37,645 nucleotides of DNA from Dehalococcoidia bacterium (GCA_030615965.1 JAUWYE010000003.1:1-37645), one strand, 5' to 3'. Positions 10,007-19,635 are shown, counted from the stretch's first letter. The notes: generated by a model from the letters alone, not told the origin. Made by a program: numbers and translations.

Positions 10007-10015
10007 TGTATTTGT

Positions 10016-10044
10016 ATTTTACTCGCATTAAGGGCAATACTCAA
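10016..10044 (-). promoter_or_regulatory. promoter for the MTase-REase operon, with a very short leader
   Basis: Minus strand TTGAGT (10044-10039), 17 nt, TAAAAT (10021-10016); ATG 9 nt later; no SD. Confidence 0.5.
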
Positions 10045-10312
10045 GATCTGATTAACCTAACAATAGCTCAAATTGTTACCTTAACTGCACTTCATAGCGT
10101 CCTGAGTGACGCGCCGGCTTATGGTTGCACAAAACTGACAATTGTTACCTCATTACTACATAGTGGACCTTGCTGGAACAATTCCCGAACTCTTGTTTGA
10201 GAAGAAACAGCTTATCCCGGCGTTACAAGGGCTACTTGCATCCTATCCAAGTGTCGTCAGGAAGCGGATTATGATAGAATTACACTGGGTTGCCTAATCA
10301 GTGAGAAATAAG

Positions 10313-11071
10313 ATGGCATATAAAGATCAACAGCCAACCTTAATGGGGTTTATGTGTTCGCCATTTGTGGACAAGATTACTAGGAAGCCACTATTTGGTA
10401 GCCCATATGCACGCGCGGTTGACATTCTTGGGGTTGAAGCACAACTCTATTCGATCGGGGCAGCACTGGGACATGCGCTACGGAATAAGCTAGATACCTT
10501 GGTGAAGTTGCTATTTGTTCCTGGCACAGAGAAGCAGAAAGTCAACGAGGTTCTACGATTATGCAAAAACGATGTTGAGAAAAACCTTGAAGAATTTAGA
10601 GATGAATTTGGACAACAACCTGATACATTTGATGACTTTGCTTTTTACAGAGGAATAGGACATGTACTTAAGGCTGAAGGCATCAGATTAAGTCCTCGAG
10701 AAGCTTTTGAAGCCTACCTTAGTGGAGATAAGAAAGTAAGGAGACTATTCGATACAAAGGTCAACACAGCAGGGATTGGACAAAGAATCATGGTCTTGCT
10801 ATTACAGGGCATACATTTTGGTAGCATTTTCTCAGAATTGACAGAGAAAATGTATCAGAATGCTTATAAGGATGATAAGAACTTCTGGGCTGGTAGGTGG
10901 GCACAAGGTTTAACCGTTCCCGAGGAGCTCAAAGTGAAAAGCCTTGAAGAAACAGAGAGGGCAGTTCTTCAAATTGTGGCGGTTTACGCTTCAAAGTACT
11001 ACCCGGAACTCATCGATCCTTTGGGCCTAATGGGTTTTCTGCAACCGAGTAAATCCCGAGAGCAGAAATAA
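10313..11071 (+). CDS. hypothetical protein
   Basis: ~252-256 aa ORF (ATG 10313 or GTG 10301); extended -10 TGATAGAAT at 10272-10280; no family recognised. Confidence 0.7.
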   Translation: MAYKDQQPTLMGFMCSPFVDKITRKPLFGSPYARAVDILGVEAQLYSIGAALGHALRNKLDTLVKLLFVPGTEKQKVNEVLRLCKNDVEKNLEEFRDEFGQQPDTFDDFAFYRGIGHVLKAEGIRLSPREAFEAYLSGDKKVRRLFDTKVNTAGIGQRIMVLLLQGIHFGSIFSELTEKMYQNAYKDDKNFWAGRWAQGLTVPEELKVKSLEETERAVLQIVAVYASKYYPELIDPLGLMGFLQPSKSREQK

Positions 11072-11101
11072 TGGAACTTTAAGCAGTGATATGGTGAACC
11101 C

Positions 11102-11629
11102 ATGAGCAATGAGAAGACAATAAAATCACATGAAAGGGACCTCTACGAGCCTATTAAGGACTATCTGGCAGAATCCTTTAGGCAGAAGTTCGGTAACTGC
11201 TATTTGGAAATTACCGCTGAAGGAGTCTTTAGTCATACGCTGAAAAGCGTTGTTCGCCATGACATCATCTTCTACTTCTTACGGAAGAAAGCACCTGATT
11301 TAGTCGGTTTTGTCGCCAGGAAACAATCAGGATGGGATGCTTCATTTGTGCCCAGTATCGTTCAGGACTACATCACGGTAGAGATTAAGAAAGATAAAAT
11401 AGAATTGAAAGATATTTATCAAGCGAAGATGTACGGAGACCTTTTTCAAGCAAAATACGCCTTACTGATTTCACCTGAGCGCATACCTGAGGAAATCAGG
11501 CGACTTGACCAGAACACTTATGTAACACGGCGTTATATGAGCGGCTGGTATGTCCATGTCGGACACTGGATTAGTACTGTAGATAGGATAGAACAGAATT
11601 GGCTTCCGCGTTCGCCGTTTCAGGATTGA
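11102..11629 (+). CDS. small PD-(D/E)XK restriction-endonuclease-fold protein
   Basis: 175 aa; ERDLYEPIKDYL...APDLVGF...ITVEIKK...IYQAKMY (E, PD, ExK, QxxxY pattern). Confidence 0.7.
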   Translation: MSNEKTIKSHERDLYEPIKDYLAESFRQKFGNCYLEITAEGVFSHTLKSVVRHDIIFYFLRKKAPDLVGFVARKQSGWDASFVPSIVQDYITVEIKKDKIELKDIYQAKMYGDLFQAKYALLISPERIPEEIRRLDQNTYVTRRYMSGWYVHVGHWISTVDRIEQNWLPRSPFQD

Positions 11630-11829
11630 CCACCTATACTCACTAGCTATTCCGGATAGGCTTTACATCTACCGTTTACGTGGTTGCATGACAGAGCGCT
11701 TGTCTGTGGATGGGCTGTTACCATTGCACAAGAACTCATAATGTTTACCCCGTTCAGACAGGGGTCGCTAGGCATTTTCTGTCGCTTGGTGTATGATTAT
11801 CCTAAGTAAGTAATGCAAGGAAACAAAGA

Positions 11830-12513
11830 ATGCCCTGGCTCTCCATCAATTCGGTTCTTTTAAACTTTTTGATTTTTATTGGTGCATGTCTATCCGTAGC
11901 TGCGATTGTTTTCTTGGCACTAGCAGCAAAAAAACGAAATTGGGGGAATGCTGCTATGGTATCGGCCATGCTACTCATAGCAGTATTCGGCTGGATATTT
12001 AGTTTGCAGGAAGGCTATCTCTCCACACCAGCAGGTAATCCAGACCTCGAAATAATTGACCAAATTGAGACGACAGGTGGCGGAAGTTTATATCTTACAT
12101 GGGTGACGGTATTGAACCGTGGGACAGGAACTGCAAGGAACTGCGTTGTAGAGATCGAGCATCGTACCCCTGAGGAGAAAGAATATAAATACTTAGGTTA
12201 TGCATTGTTTCAGCGTGATAGATTTACACCTCATACTCAGTCGAAGTTTTGGCTTTTATTGGCAAGATCATATGATGAAGGCGCACACTGGGAAACATGG
12301 ATTATGCTAAGAGACATAAGAGATTATGCAGATCAAGAAAGCAACGTTGTCCATTACCGCGTCAGCGCCGGCGAGTACTATTTAAAGTTGACAACGATTG
12401 CTGAAAACGCGGAATCCTCTCCCCGCGAATTCAAATTGTATGTCTCACAAGATGGAACTAAACTACCAAAGCTAGAGGCTCTGTCTCAAAAAGAAGTTCA
12501 AGCTGAACACTAA
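11830..12513 (+). CDS. membrane-anchored hypothetical protein (2 N-terminal TM helices, beta-rich soluble domain)
   Basis: 227 aa; two hydrophobic stretches, then VTVLNRGTGTARNC (CARDB/Ig-like flavour); SD AAGGA. Confidence 0.7.
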   Translation: MPWLSINSVLLNFLIFIGACLSVAAIVFLALAAKKRNWGNAAMVSAMLLIAVFGWIFSLQEGYLSTPAGNPDLEIIDQIETTGGGSLYLTWVTVLNRGTGTARNCVVEIEHRTPEEKEYKYLGYALFQRDRFTPHTQSKFWLLLARSYDEGAHWETWIMLRDIRDYADQESNVVHYRVSAGEYYLKLTTIAENAESSPREFKLYVSQDGTKLPKLEALSQKEVQAEH

Positions 12514-12709
12514 AACACCTTTGTTTTAACTTGATCGTACCTAAACAGCGACTGGATAACCTATATTAATAGCCAGAGAACTGGCTGAAACCATTGCGAG
12601 CGCTGTGGTACTCGTTGACAGGGCAATAAATATCAATTTCACAAAATAGCGATTTGGTTAACGAAATAGTGTTGCGTATTAGAGATCATCTATTAAGCTT
12701 CCGCCGTAC

Positions 12710-15109
12710 TCATGTCAGCTGGTGTTCCGTCCGCGCGATGATCTCATCTTGTACCGCTTTGCCCAGATTAACAAAGTAGGCACTGTAACCAGCTACCCTT
12801 ACAATTAGATCACGATGTCTTTCTGGATACTTTTGGGCGTTCAGTAGTGTGTCCTTATTGATAATATTAAATTGAACATGCTTTCCATCAAAGCTGAAGT
12901 AGGTCTTTATCAGGTCTGATAGTTTTTTCAGGTCTTCTGTGCTCTTTAAGGCCGATGGATGGAACTTCATGTTCAGCAATGTTGACTGGAAGGGCACCTG
13001 GTTTATTGTCATGGCACTTCTAATGAGCGCTGTAGGCCCATGAGTATCCCTACCTTGCGCCGCTGACATTGTTCCGTCAGCCAGAGTTTCACCGGCATAT
13101 CTACCGTCGGGCGTAGCACCGGTTAAGGCTCCACCCGGCACATGCGCCGTAATCGAGATGCCTGCCGGTTTCATTGTCCCCCCCCAAGCAGTAGCGAATG
13201 TAACTGCTGTATCAACCCAACACTGGTAGAGTTCTTTGGCTATCGAGTCAACATAGTAGTCACCATTTCCATATTTGGGTGCCGCCAGAAACAATTTTCG
13301 CATTTCTGTGTATCCATTCCCCTGCCAGTTTGCCTCAAGAGCCGCCTTTAATTCTTTCTTGGCGACTTTCTTTCCGTCAAAGACAAGCCTCTTCACTGCC
13401 GCCATTGAGTCAGCTACATTTATCATGCCAACAGGGTTCAGCATTGAGCCATTCTCAAACGGCATTGTGCGGTCAAGAGCATCTTTGCCTTCCTTTATCG
13501 CGTCAACCATCAGCGCAGAATGAAAAGCGTCAGGGAAGAGTTCAGTCTGCGCTCGTAAGAGAATGTTGTGCTCCTCTGCCGCCAAACCCATGAAATAGGC
13601 AAGCTGTTCCTTGAATGCTTTCATGAAGTCATCGAATGTCTCAAAGCTTTCAAAGTCTCCGGTTCTGGGACCGAGTTGCCTACCGGTCCGCGGTTCAACG
13701 CCGTTGTTCATGGTAATCTCAAAAACCAGCGGTACAATGAACATGCCAATGGCATTGATGCGTGATTTACCGGCTAGGTTAACATCAAGACACCCGGCTA
13801 ATGCGTAATCCCGCGCATCTCGAAGAGGCACACCATGGCTAACCAAGTACTCGATGTAGGACTTGTCCCCGACGAAGGCGGGCATACCAATCCCGGTCTT
13901 CACCACTTCGAGAGCTTTCAGCATTAGGGCTTCGGGTGTCCCCTCATGAACCCTCACCGTTATGGTGTGGTGAGGAGTCTGACAGTCCTTCGCCGCTTCC
14001 AGAATGAGGTAGGATAGCTCGTTGGTAGCGTCTTCACCATCAGGTGTTACACCACCAATAACCCAATTGTTCCACCTGGCCAATCCCGACCACTTCTGTC
14101 GCTGAATATTGCCGCCGCCGACAAAATTGTACTGCATAACCTTAATCCGAAGACATTCCAGCAATTCCAGCACTTCATCGTCGGTGATTCTACCCTCTTC
14201 TTTATCTTTCTTGTAGAACGGGTACATGTATTGGTCAAACCTGCCTCCTGGCGCTGTCCCCTGAGCAATCATCATCCAAGTAAACCAGAAAGCCTGCATC
14301 GCTTCATAAAAGGTTCTGGCCGGGTTACCCGGCACCCAGTGGCACGTTTCCGCTATCCGTTTTAACTCTTTCTTCCGTGTTAGGTCTTTTTCCTTGAAGG
14401 CCATTTCTGCTGCCACGTCAGCGAATCTGTTGGCAAGGCGAACAACAGCCTTATTGATTATGATTACTGACTTCAGAAAATCTGCCTTTTTTATCGCATC
14501 GGTGCTGGTATACCTTAAATTCTTTAACTCTTCCTCTGCGTCTTCTATTATCTTGTTAAGACCCTCATTGAGCACCTTGGCATAGTCCACAACAATGAGA
14601 CACTGGCCCAAGCCTAAACCCCAGCCAACCCCGGCTGCCCCAAACCCACGCCCTTCGTCTTTCTTTTTCCACGGTGGGCAAAGGATACCCGACTGAATGA
14701 ACGGCCACAACCTCTCATCATCGTAGAATTGTCCCTGTCTCTCTTCGAGGGTCCTACCTTTACCTCTCCAGTAGTCATCCATTGACCTTAACAAGGCTTC
14801 ATCTTCATCAGAAATTGTGAGTCCCTGTTTCTTGAGTTCCTCTAGATCTTCCTCAGGCCATGTTGGACCTAGGGAGCCAGCCTCAAGCCCCATTGGTTTA
14901 CTCGCCACGTTGCCAACAATGAGTTCACCATCTTCAATGATTATTGTTTTGTTATCCAAGTAGTGCGCAGTCGCTTTCGCCCTTCTTAGAATTGCCGGTT
15001 CACCCTCGGTCTGTCTATACGAATCCATAACTAGGCGAGCCTTCTCCACGCAAATCGGGTATTTCTCTAATCTAAGACTTTCTTTTAGTTTCTTTACTTT
15101 TTGGTTCAC
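12710..15109 (-). CDS. glycyl radical enzyme (PFL2/glycerol dehydratase superfamily), paralog 1
   Basis: C-terminal LIVRVAGYSAYF glycyl motif; thiyl loop ALAGCLDV; GATPDGR. Start set at GTG 15109 because of SD GGAG and alignment with the paralog start. Confidence 0.93.
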   Translation of the reverse strand: MNQKVKKLKESLRLEKYPICVEKARLVMDSYRQTEGEPAILRRAKATAHYLDNKTIIIEDGELIVGNVASKPMGLEAGSLGPTWPEEDLEELKKQGLTISDEDEALLRSMDDYWRGKGRTLEERQGQFYDDERLWPFIQSGILCPPWKKKDEGRGFGAAGVGWGLGLGQCLIVVDYAKVLNEGLNKIIEDAEEELKNLRYTSTDAIKKADFLKSVIIINKAVVRLANRFADVAAEMAFKEKDLTRKKELKRIAETCHWVPGNPARTFYEAMQAFWFTWMMIAQGTAPGGRFDQYMYPFYKKDKEEGRITDDEVLELLECLRIKVMQYNFVGGGNIQRQKWSGLARWNNWVIGGVTPDGEDATNELSYLILEAAKDCQTPHHTITVRVHEGTPEALMLKALEVVKTGIGMPAFVGDKSYIEYLVSHGVPLRDARDYALAGCLDVNLAGKSRINAIGMFIVPLVFEITMNNGVEPRTGRQLGPRTGDFESFETFDDFMKAFKEQLAYFMGLAAEEHNILLRAQTELFPDAFHSALMVDAIKEGKDALDRTMPFENGSMLNPVGMINVADSMAAVKRLVFDGKKVAKKELKAALEANWQGNGYTEMRKLFLAAPKYGNGDYYVDSIAKELYQCWVDTAVTFATAWGGTMKPAGISITAHVPGGALTGATPDGRYAGETLADGTMSAAQGRDTHGPTALIRSAMTINQVPFQSTLLNMKFHPSALKSTEDLKKLSDLIKTYFSFDGKHVQFNIINKDTLLNAQKYPERHRDLIVRVAGYSAYFVNLGKAVQDEIIARTEHQLT

Positions 15110-15325
15110 TGTTATCTCCAAACTATAATCGCATTAGACTCTATGGTCACCCTACATTTACCCAGAGCACCTCATCTAGGTATGGATTGTCAAGAGGCTT
15201 TTAGCGCTTGACACGGTGGTGCAGAGTAGTTTTGTGCATTAATCAGAGGTGGTACATAGATTATCTCCTCAATAGTCTACTTCATATATTCCAGCGGGCA
15301 GATTACCGGCGAGCGGCCCTGATAT

Positions 15326-15396
15326 ATTATAACAATGTTAATATAATCAAACAATATATTACAACTCTTGTAATTGTTTTTACAAGTGGGTATAAT
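15326..15396. promoter_or_regulatory. back-to-back sigma70 promoters for the two GRE genes, with overlapping palindromes
   Basis: Plus: TTGTAA (15368-73), 17 nt, TATAAT (15391-96). Minus: TTGTTT (15354-49), 17 nt, TATAAT (15331-26) with TG extension. Palindrome TTACAA-CTC-TTGTAA at 15359-15373. Confidence 0.65.
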
Positions 15397-15449
15397 ACAA
15401 ACGGACGCGAGGCAAGGTATACTTGCATACTTTTGCTTCGGGGATAATT

Positions 15450-17846
15450 ATGAGCCAGAGAATAGCGAAACTTAAGGAAGGGCTCCGTATAGATAAGTAC
15501 CCAATCTCCTGCGAGAAGGCTCGACTGATTACAGAGTCCTTTAAGCAGACCGAGGGCGAACCTCAAATCACAAGAAGAGCTAAAGCCCTTGCCAACGTCT
15601 TAGATAAGATAACAATCTTTATTGAAGATGGTGAGCCTATTGTTGGCAATGCGTCAAGTAAACCGATGGGGGTTGAAGTCGACTTCGATTATGGAATATG
15701 GTCCCGTGAAGAAATAGACTGGCTCAAGGAAGAGGGATACACAATCTCCGAAGAGGATGAATCAGAGATAATATCGATGAACGAGTATTGGAAGTCAAGG
15801 ACTCTTGTAGGTAGATCCGGGGAAATATTTGATGACGAAAGGCTGTGGCCATTCAGGCAATTAGGGGTGGCCCTTCCACCATGGAAAAGCAGAACAGAGG
15901 GAAGCGGAGGTGGATATGCCCAGGGTGGCATGGGCTTAGGTCCAGGTTTTCTTTTGTTTGGGGTAGACTTTGCCAAGGTGCTCAATAGCGGCTTCAACAA
16001 GATAATAGAAGACGCAGAGGAAGAGTTAAAGAATTTAAGGTATACCAGCACCGATGCGATAAAAAAGGCGGATTTTCTGAAGTCAGTAATCATATCACTT
16101 AAAGCTATTATTCGCTTTGCTAATAGGTTCACTGACCTGGCAGCAGAAATGGTGGCAAAGGAAAAAGACCTAACACGGAAGAAAGAGTTAAAACGGATAG
16201 CGGAAACGTGCCGATGGGTACCAGCTAATCCAGCAAGAACTTTCTATGAAGCTATACAGTCCTTCTGGTTTACATTCTTGATGATAAACCCATCGACTAC
16301 TGCGGCAGCAGGTAGGTTTGATCAGTATATGTACCCGTTCTACGAGAAGGATAAAGAAGAGGGAAGAATTACCGACGAGGAAGTCTTAGAATTGTTGCAA
16401 TGTCTACGGATTAAGGACATGCAGATAAACCGGACTTCAGGTAAAATTAACCGACAGAAGAACGCGGGGATGGCCAAATGGCACAATTGGACTATTGGTG
16501 GTGTAACACCTGATGGTGAAGACGCTACCAACGAGCTATCCTACCTCATTCTGGAAGCGGCCAAGAGATGCCAGACTACGCATCACACCATAACATTGAG
16601 GGTCTATGAGGGGACACCCGAAGCCCTAATGCTGAAAGCTCTGGAAGTGGTGAAGACCGGGATTGGTATGCCAGCATTCGTCGGGGACAAGTCCTACATC
16701 GAGTACCTGCTCAATCAGGGCGTACCCCTTAAGGTAGCACGAGATTACATAATGACAGGATGTATTGATGTAAATATAGTAGGACAGTCTCGTATTGCAT
16801 CCTACGATATGTTCATTGTTCCGCTAGTTTTTGACATTTTCATGCACAATGGCGTGGACCTGAACACCGGTAAACAAGTTGGCATCAAGACTGGAGACCT
16901 TGAAAGCTTTGAGTCGTTTGATGACCTAGTGAGAGCGTTTAAGGAGCAGCTTGCCTATTTCATGGGTCTGTCTGCAGAATGTAATAATATTCACCTGCGA
17001 GTAAATGCTGAATTATTCCCAGACCCAGTTCGGTCCTCATTGATGCTTGATGCTATTGAGGAAGGCAAGGACATTCTTGATCGCACTTTACCATTTGAGA
17101 ATGCTGCAGTACTTAACGCTGTTGGCATGATAAATGTAGCCGACTCGCTAGCGGCAATAAAGAAGCTTGTCTTCGATGAAAAGAAAGTCACCATGAAAGA
17201 GTTGAAGGCGGCTCTTGACGCAAACTGGCAAGGAGATGGATACGAAGAAATGCGAAAATTGTTTCTGGCGGCACCCAAATATGGAAATGATGACAATTAT
17301 GTGGACTCAATAGCCAAAGACCTCTACAAGTTCTGGGCGGATACGGCAGTGACATTTGATACCATCTTTGGGGGGAAACATAAACCGACAGGCATCTCAA
17401 TTTCAGCACAGTGGCCAGGTGGAGCCTTAACCGGTGCTACCCCTGATGGCAGGTATGCTGGTGAGTGTCTGGCTGATGGAACAATGTCACCTATGCGAGG
17501 CAGGGATACTCATGGGCCTACCGCAGTAATTAAAAGTGCGGCGAAGATAGACCAAGTGCACTATCAGGCTACACTGCTGAACGTGAAGTTCCATCCATCG
17601 GCGTTACAGACTACAGAAGACACGAGGAAACTATCAGATCTGATAAAGACCTACTTTAGCCTAGGTGGAAAGCATATTCAATTCAATGTTGTTGGTAGGG
17701 ACACGTTGCTAGATGCCCAAAGACACCCGGAGAACTACCGTGACCTAGTTGTAAGAGTGGCTGGTTATAGTGCCTACTTTGTACAGCTGGGCAAAGTAAT
17801 ACAAGATGAGATCATCAGGCGGATGGAGTACCAGCAGACGGCATAA
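15450..17846 (+). CDS. glycyl radical enzyme, paralog 2
   Basis: 798 aa from ATG 15450; LVVRVAGYSAYF; thiyl loop IMTGCIDV; clearly homologous to paralog 1. Confidence 0.93.
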   Translation: MSQRIAKLKEGLRIDKYPISCEKARLITESFKQTEGEPQITRRAKALANVLDKITIFIEDGEPIVGNASSKPMGVEVDFDYGIWSREEIDWLKEEGYTISEEDESEIISMNEYWKSRTLVGRSGEIFDDERLWPFRQLGVALPPWKSRTEGSGGGYAQGGMGLGPGFLLFGVDFAKVLNSGFNKIIEDAEEELKNLRYTSTDAIKKADFLKSVIISLKAIIRFANRFTDLAAEMVAKEKDLTRKKELKRIAETCRWVPANPARTFYEAIQSFWFTFLMINPSTTAAAGRFDQYMYPFYEKDKEEGRITDEEVLELLQCLRIKDMQINRTSGKINRQKNAGMAKWHNWTIGGVTPDGEDATNELSYLILEAAKRCQTTHHTITLRVYEGTPEALMLKALEVVKTGIGMPAFVGDKSYIEYLLNQGVPLKVARDYIMTGCIDVNIVGQSRIASYDMFIVPLVFDIFMHNGVDLNTGKQVGIKTGDLESFESFDDLVRAFKEQLAYFMGLSAECNNIHLRVNAELFPDPVRSSLMLDAIEEGKDILDRTLPFENAAVLNAVGMINVADSLAAIKKLVFDEKKVTMKELKAALDANWQGDGYEEMRKLFLAAPKYGNDDNYVDSIAKDLYKFWADTAVTFDTIFGGKHKPTGISISAQWPGGALTGATPDGRYAGECLADGTMSPMRGRDTHGPTAVIKSAAKIDQVHYQATLLNVKFHPSALQTTEDTRKLSDLIKTYFSLGGKHIQFNVVGRDTLLDAQRHPENYRDLVVRVAGYSAYFVQLGKVIQDEIIRRMEYQQTA

Positions 17847-17942
17847 GTGAAGGAGCAAATTTTCCTGAGTCAGGAGGTGGTGCCTATGAGCTTAAGCATG
17901 TAAGTGGCTTGGTAGAAATTAGCATAAAGGAGATAGTGCAAA

Positions 17943-19043
17943 ATGAAAAAGGCAATTTTGTTAATTTGCATCCTGATGGGACTAATGCTCATGATTAGCC
18001 CGCTCTTGGGTGCTTGCGCTGAACCAACACCCGCACCTACCCCGACACCACCACCTACGCCAACTCCGACACCACCACCGCCCCCACCCGAGCCGATAAA
18101 GTTGACCTTTGGCGGTCTGTATCCCCCGGCCCACCCCTTCTCGGTCGCCACTCAAGCCTGGATTGAAAAGATGGCGAAGGAGACCGACGGGCGGGTGGAA
18201 ATCGAGCCATTCTGGGCTGGCGCCCTCTACGGCCCCAGGGAGTCCGCTACCGAGCTAGGCAAGGGAGTAGCCGACACCGGCGACTTCTCCGGTGCCTACG
18301 CTGCTACGGGATTTGACTTCGAGAAGTCGTTTCGTATGGTATTCTGGGGTGTTGACGATAGAGCTCTCGCCCGGAAGGTATATTATGAGGTGTGTGCCAA
18401 GTACCCCGAGCTTGACGCCGAGTTCGCCGATGCCAACATCAAGGTTATGGCATATGCTTCCGTCCCACCCTACCACCTGATTACCGTGGACGACCCGGTC
18501 CGTAAGGTGGACGATTTCAGCGGCCTGATGTTAAAGACGACCGGCGATATTGGCAAGTTGGCTGCTGCCCTCGGCGCTGAGGGGATGACCATAGGCATGG
18601 GCGACACTTATATCGCCCTGCAGAAGAACACCATTGATGGCGGTTTCGTCACGGACGAGACGCTGAAATCGTTCCTGTTCGCCGAGGTGATAAAGTACTG
18701 CACGAGGCTGACCATCGCCTCCGCCCCCGCCGGGCACTGGGGCATGAGCATGGACGTCTGGAACAGCCTGCCACCGGACATCCAGCAGGTGTTTGAGGAC
18801 AACATCGAGTGGTTTGGCTTGAAGGTAGAGGAGTTGGCCTTTGCTATGAATCAGGAGGGCATCGCCCTGGCTGAGCAACATGGGGTGGAGTTCATCGAGC
18901 TTCCACCGGCGGAGCTGGACAAGGTCTACGCAGCGGCTGACACCGTCATACGAGAGGAGATGGCTGACCTTGACGCCAAGGGTTTTGCCGGCACTGCCGT
19001 CTATGAGGAGATACGCCGCCTTATCAAGGAGTACGGCGGTTAG
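17943..19043 (+). CDS. dctP: TRAP transporter substrate-binding lipoprotein
   Basis: Lipobox LGAC, Pro/Thr linker, ETDGRVEIEPF, YIALQKNTIDG, WNSLPPDIQQV. Confidence 0.9.
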   Translation: MKKAILLICILMGLMLMISPLLGACAEPTPAPTPTPPPTPTPTPPPPPPEPIKLTFGGLYPPAHPFSVATQAWIEKMAKETDGRVEIEPFWAGALYGPRESATELGKGVADTGDFSGAYAATGFDFEKSFRMVFWGVDDRALARKVYYEVCAKYPELDAEFADANIKVMAYASVPPYHLITVDDPVRKVDDFSGLMLKTTGDIGKLAAALGAEGMTIGMGDTYIALQKNTIDGGFVTDETLKSFLFAEVIKYCTRLTIASAPAGHWGMSMDVWNSLPPDIQQVFEDNIEWFGLKVEELAFAMNQEGIALAEQHGVEFIELPPAELDKVYAAADTVIREEMADLDAKGFAGTAVYEEIRRLIKEYGG

Positions 19044-19103
19044 TGTCCAGCAGCAGTGGACTCTGTCCGCAAGCCTTTGACCGCAAGATTAGGTTGTCCT
19101 GAG

Positions 19104-19133
19104 TTGGGGGGTGCTGAGAGTAGCACCCCCCAA
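19104..19133 (+). other. intercistronic stem-loop between dctP and dctQ
   Basis: TTGGGGGGTGCT-gagagt-AGCACCCCCCAA, a perfect 12-bp stem without a U-tract. Confidence 0.7.
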
Positions 19134-19143
19134 AGGGGAGATT

Positions 19144-19635
19144 GTGGAGATTTTTGCCAGTATAGTCCAACGTGTGACCAGAGTGGGTGCGGTGGCGGCT
19201 GGGGTCTTCTTGTTGGGCGCCATGTTACTTATTGTGACCGGCGTCATCGTCCGCTTCTTCAACATAGCTATTGTCGGCAGCTACGAACTGATGGAGCTGA
19301 TGATGGCGGTCACTATCGCCTTTGCCCTGGTCTATACCGCCCTGCGGAAGGGGCACGTTGTGGTCAAGATTATCGTCTCTCGATTCCCGACAAGGCTCGG
19401 AGCCATCGTCGGTATAGCGGTCTCCTTCCTCAGCTTGGCCATATGGGGTCTGATGAGCTTTGCGGCAACACAGCTGGTCTATGAGAAGGGGCTGAGGGAG
19501 GTAAGCGAAACGCTGGAGTTGCCCTACCTCCCTTTCCGGATTGTGTTTATATTAGGCCTGTTCTTGTTCTCGCTGACCTACGTTTCGGACATCTTTGAGG
19601 AATTCAAAAAGGTGCTAGGCAAATGGACCCGGTAA
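19144..19635 (+). CDS. dctQ: TRAP transporter small permease
   Basis: About 4 TM helices; GSYELMELMM, GHVVVKII, PYLPFR; GTG 19144 follows SD GGGGAG. Confidence 0.88.
   Translation: MEIFASIVQRVTRVGAVAAGVFLLGAMLLIVTGVIVRFFNIAIVGSYELMELMMAVTIAFALVYTALRKGHVVVKIIVSRFPTRLGAIVGIAVSFLSLAIWGLMSFAATQLVYEKGLREVSETLELPYLPFRIVFILGLFLFSLTYVSDIFEEFKKVLGKWTR

Noticed and set aside
15188-15213. Two TTGACA hexamers (minus 15193-15188, plus 15208-15213)
   Set aside because: No acceptable -10 at 16-18 nt spacing for either
12710-17846. Calling the GREs PflB, CutC, BssA or HpdB
   Set aside because: No Cys-Cys pair, no GCVE, no small subunit genes and no matching gene context
18022-18095. Repetitive C-rich DNA and the antisense Gly-rich ORF 17870..18151
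   Set aside because: Explained by the Pro/Thr linker of the DctP lipoprotein
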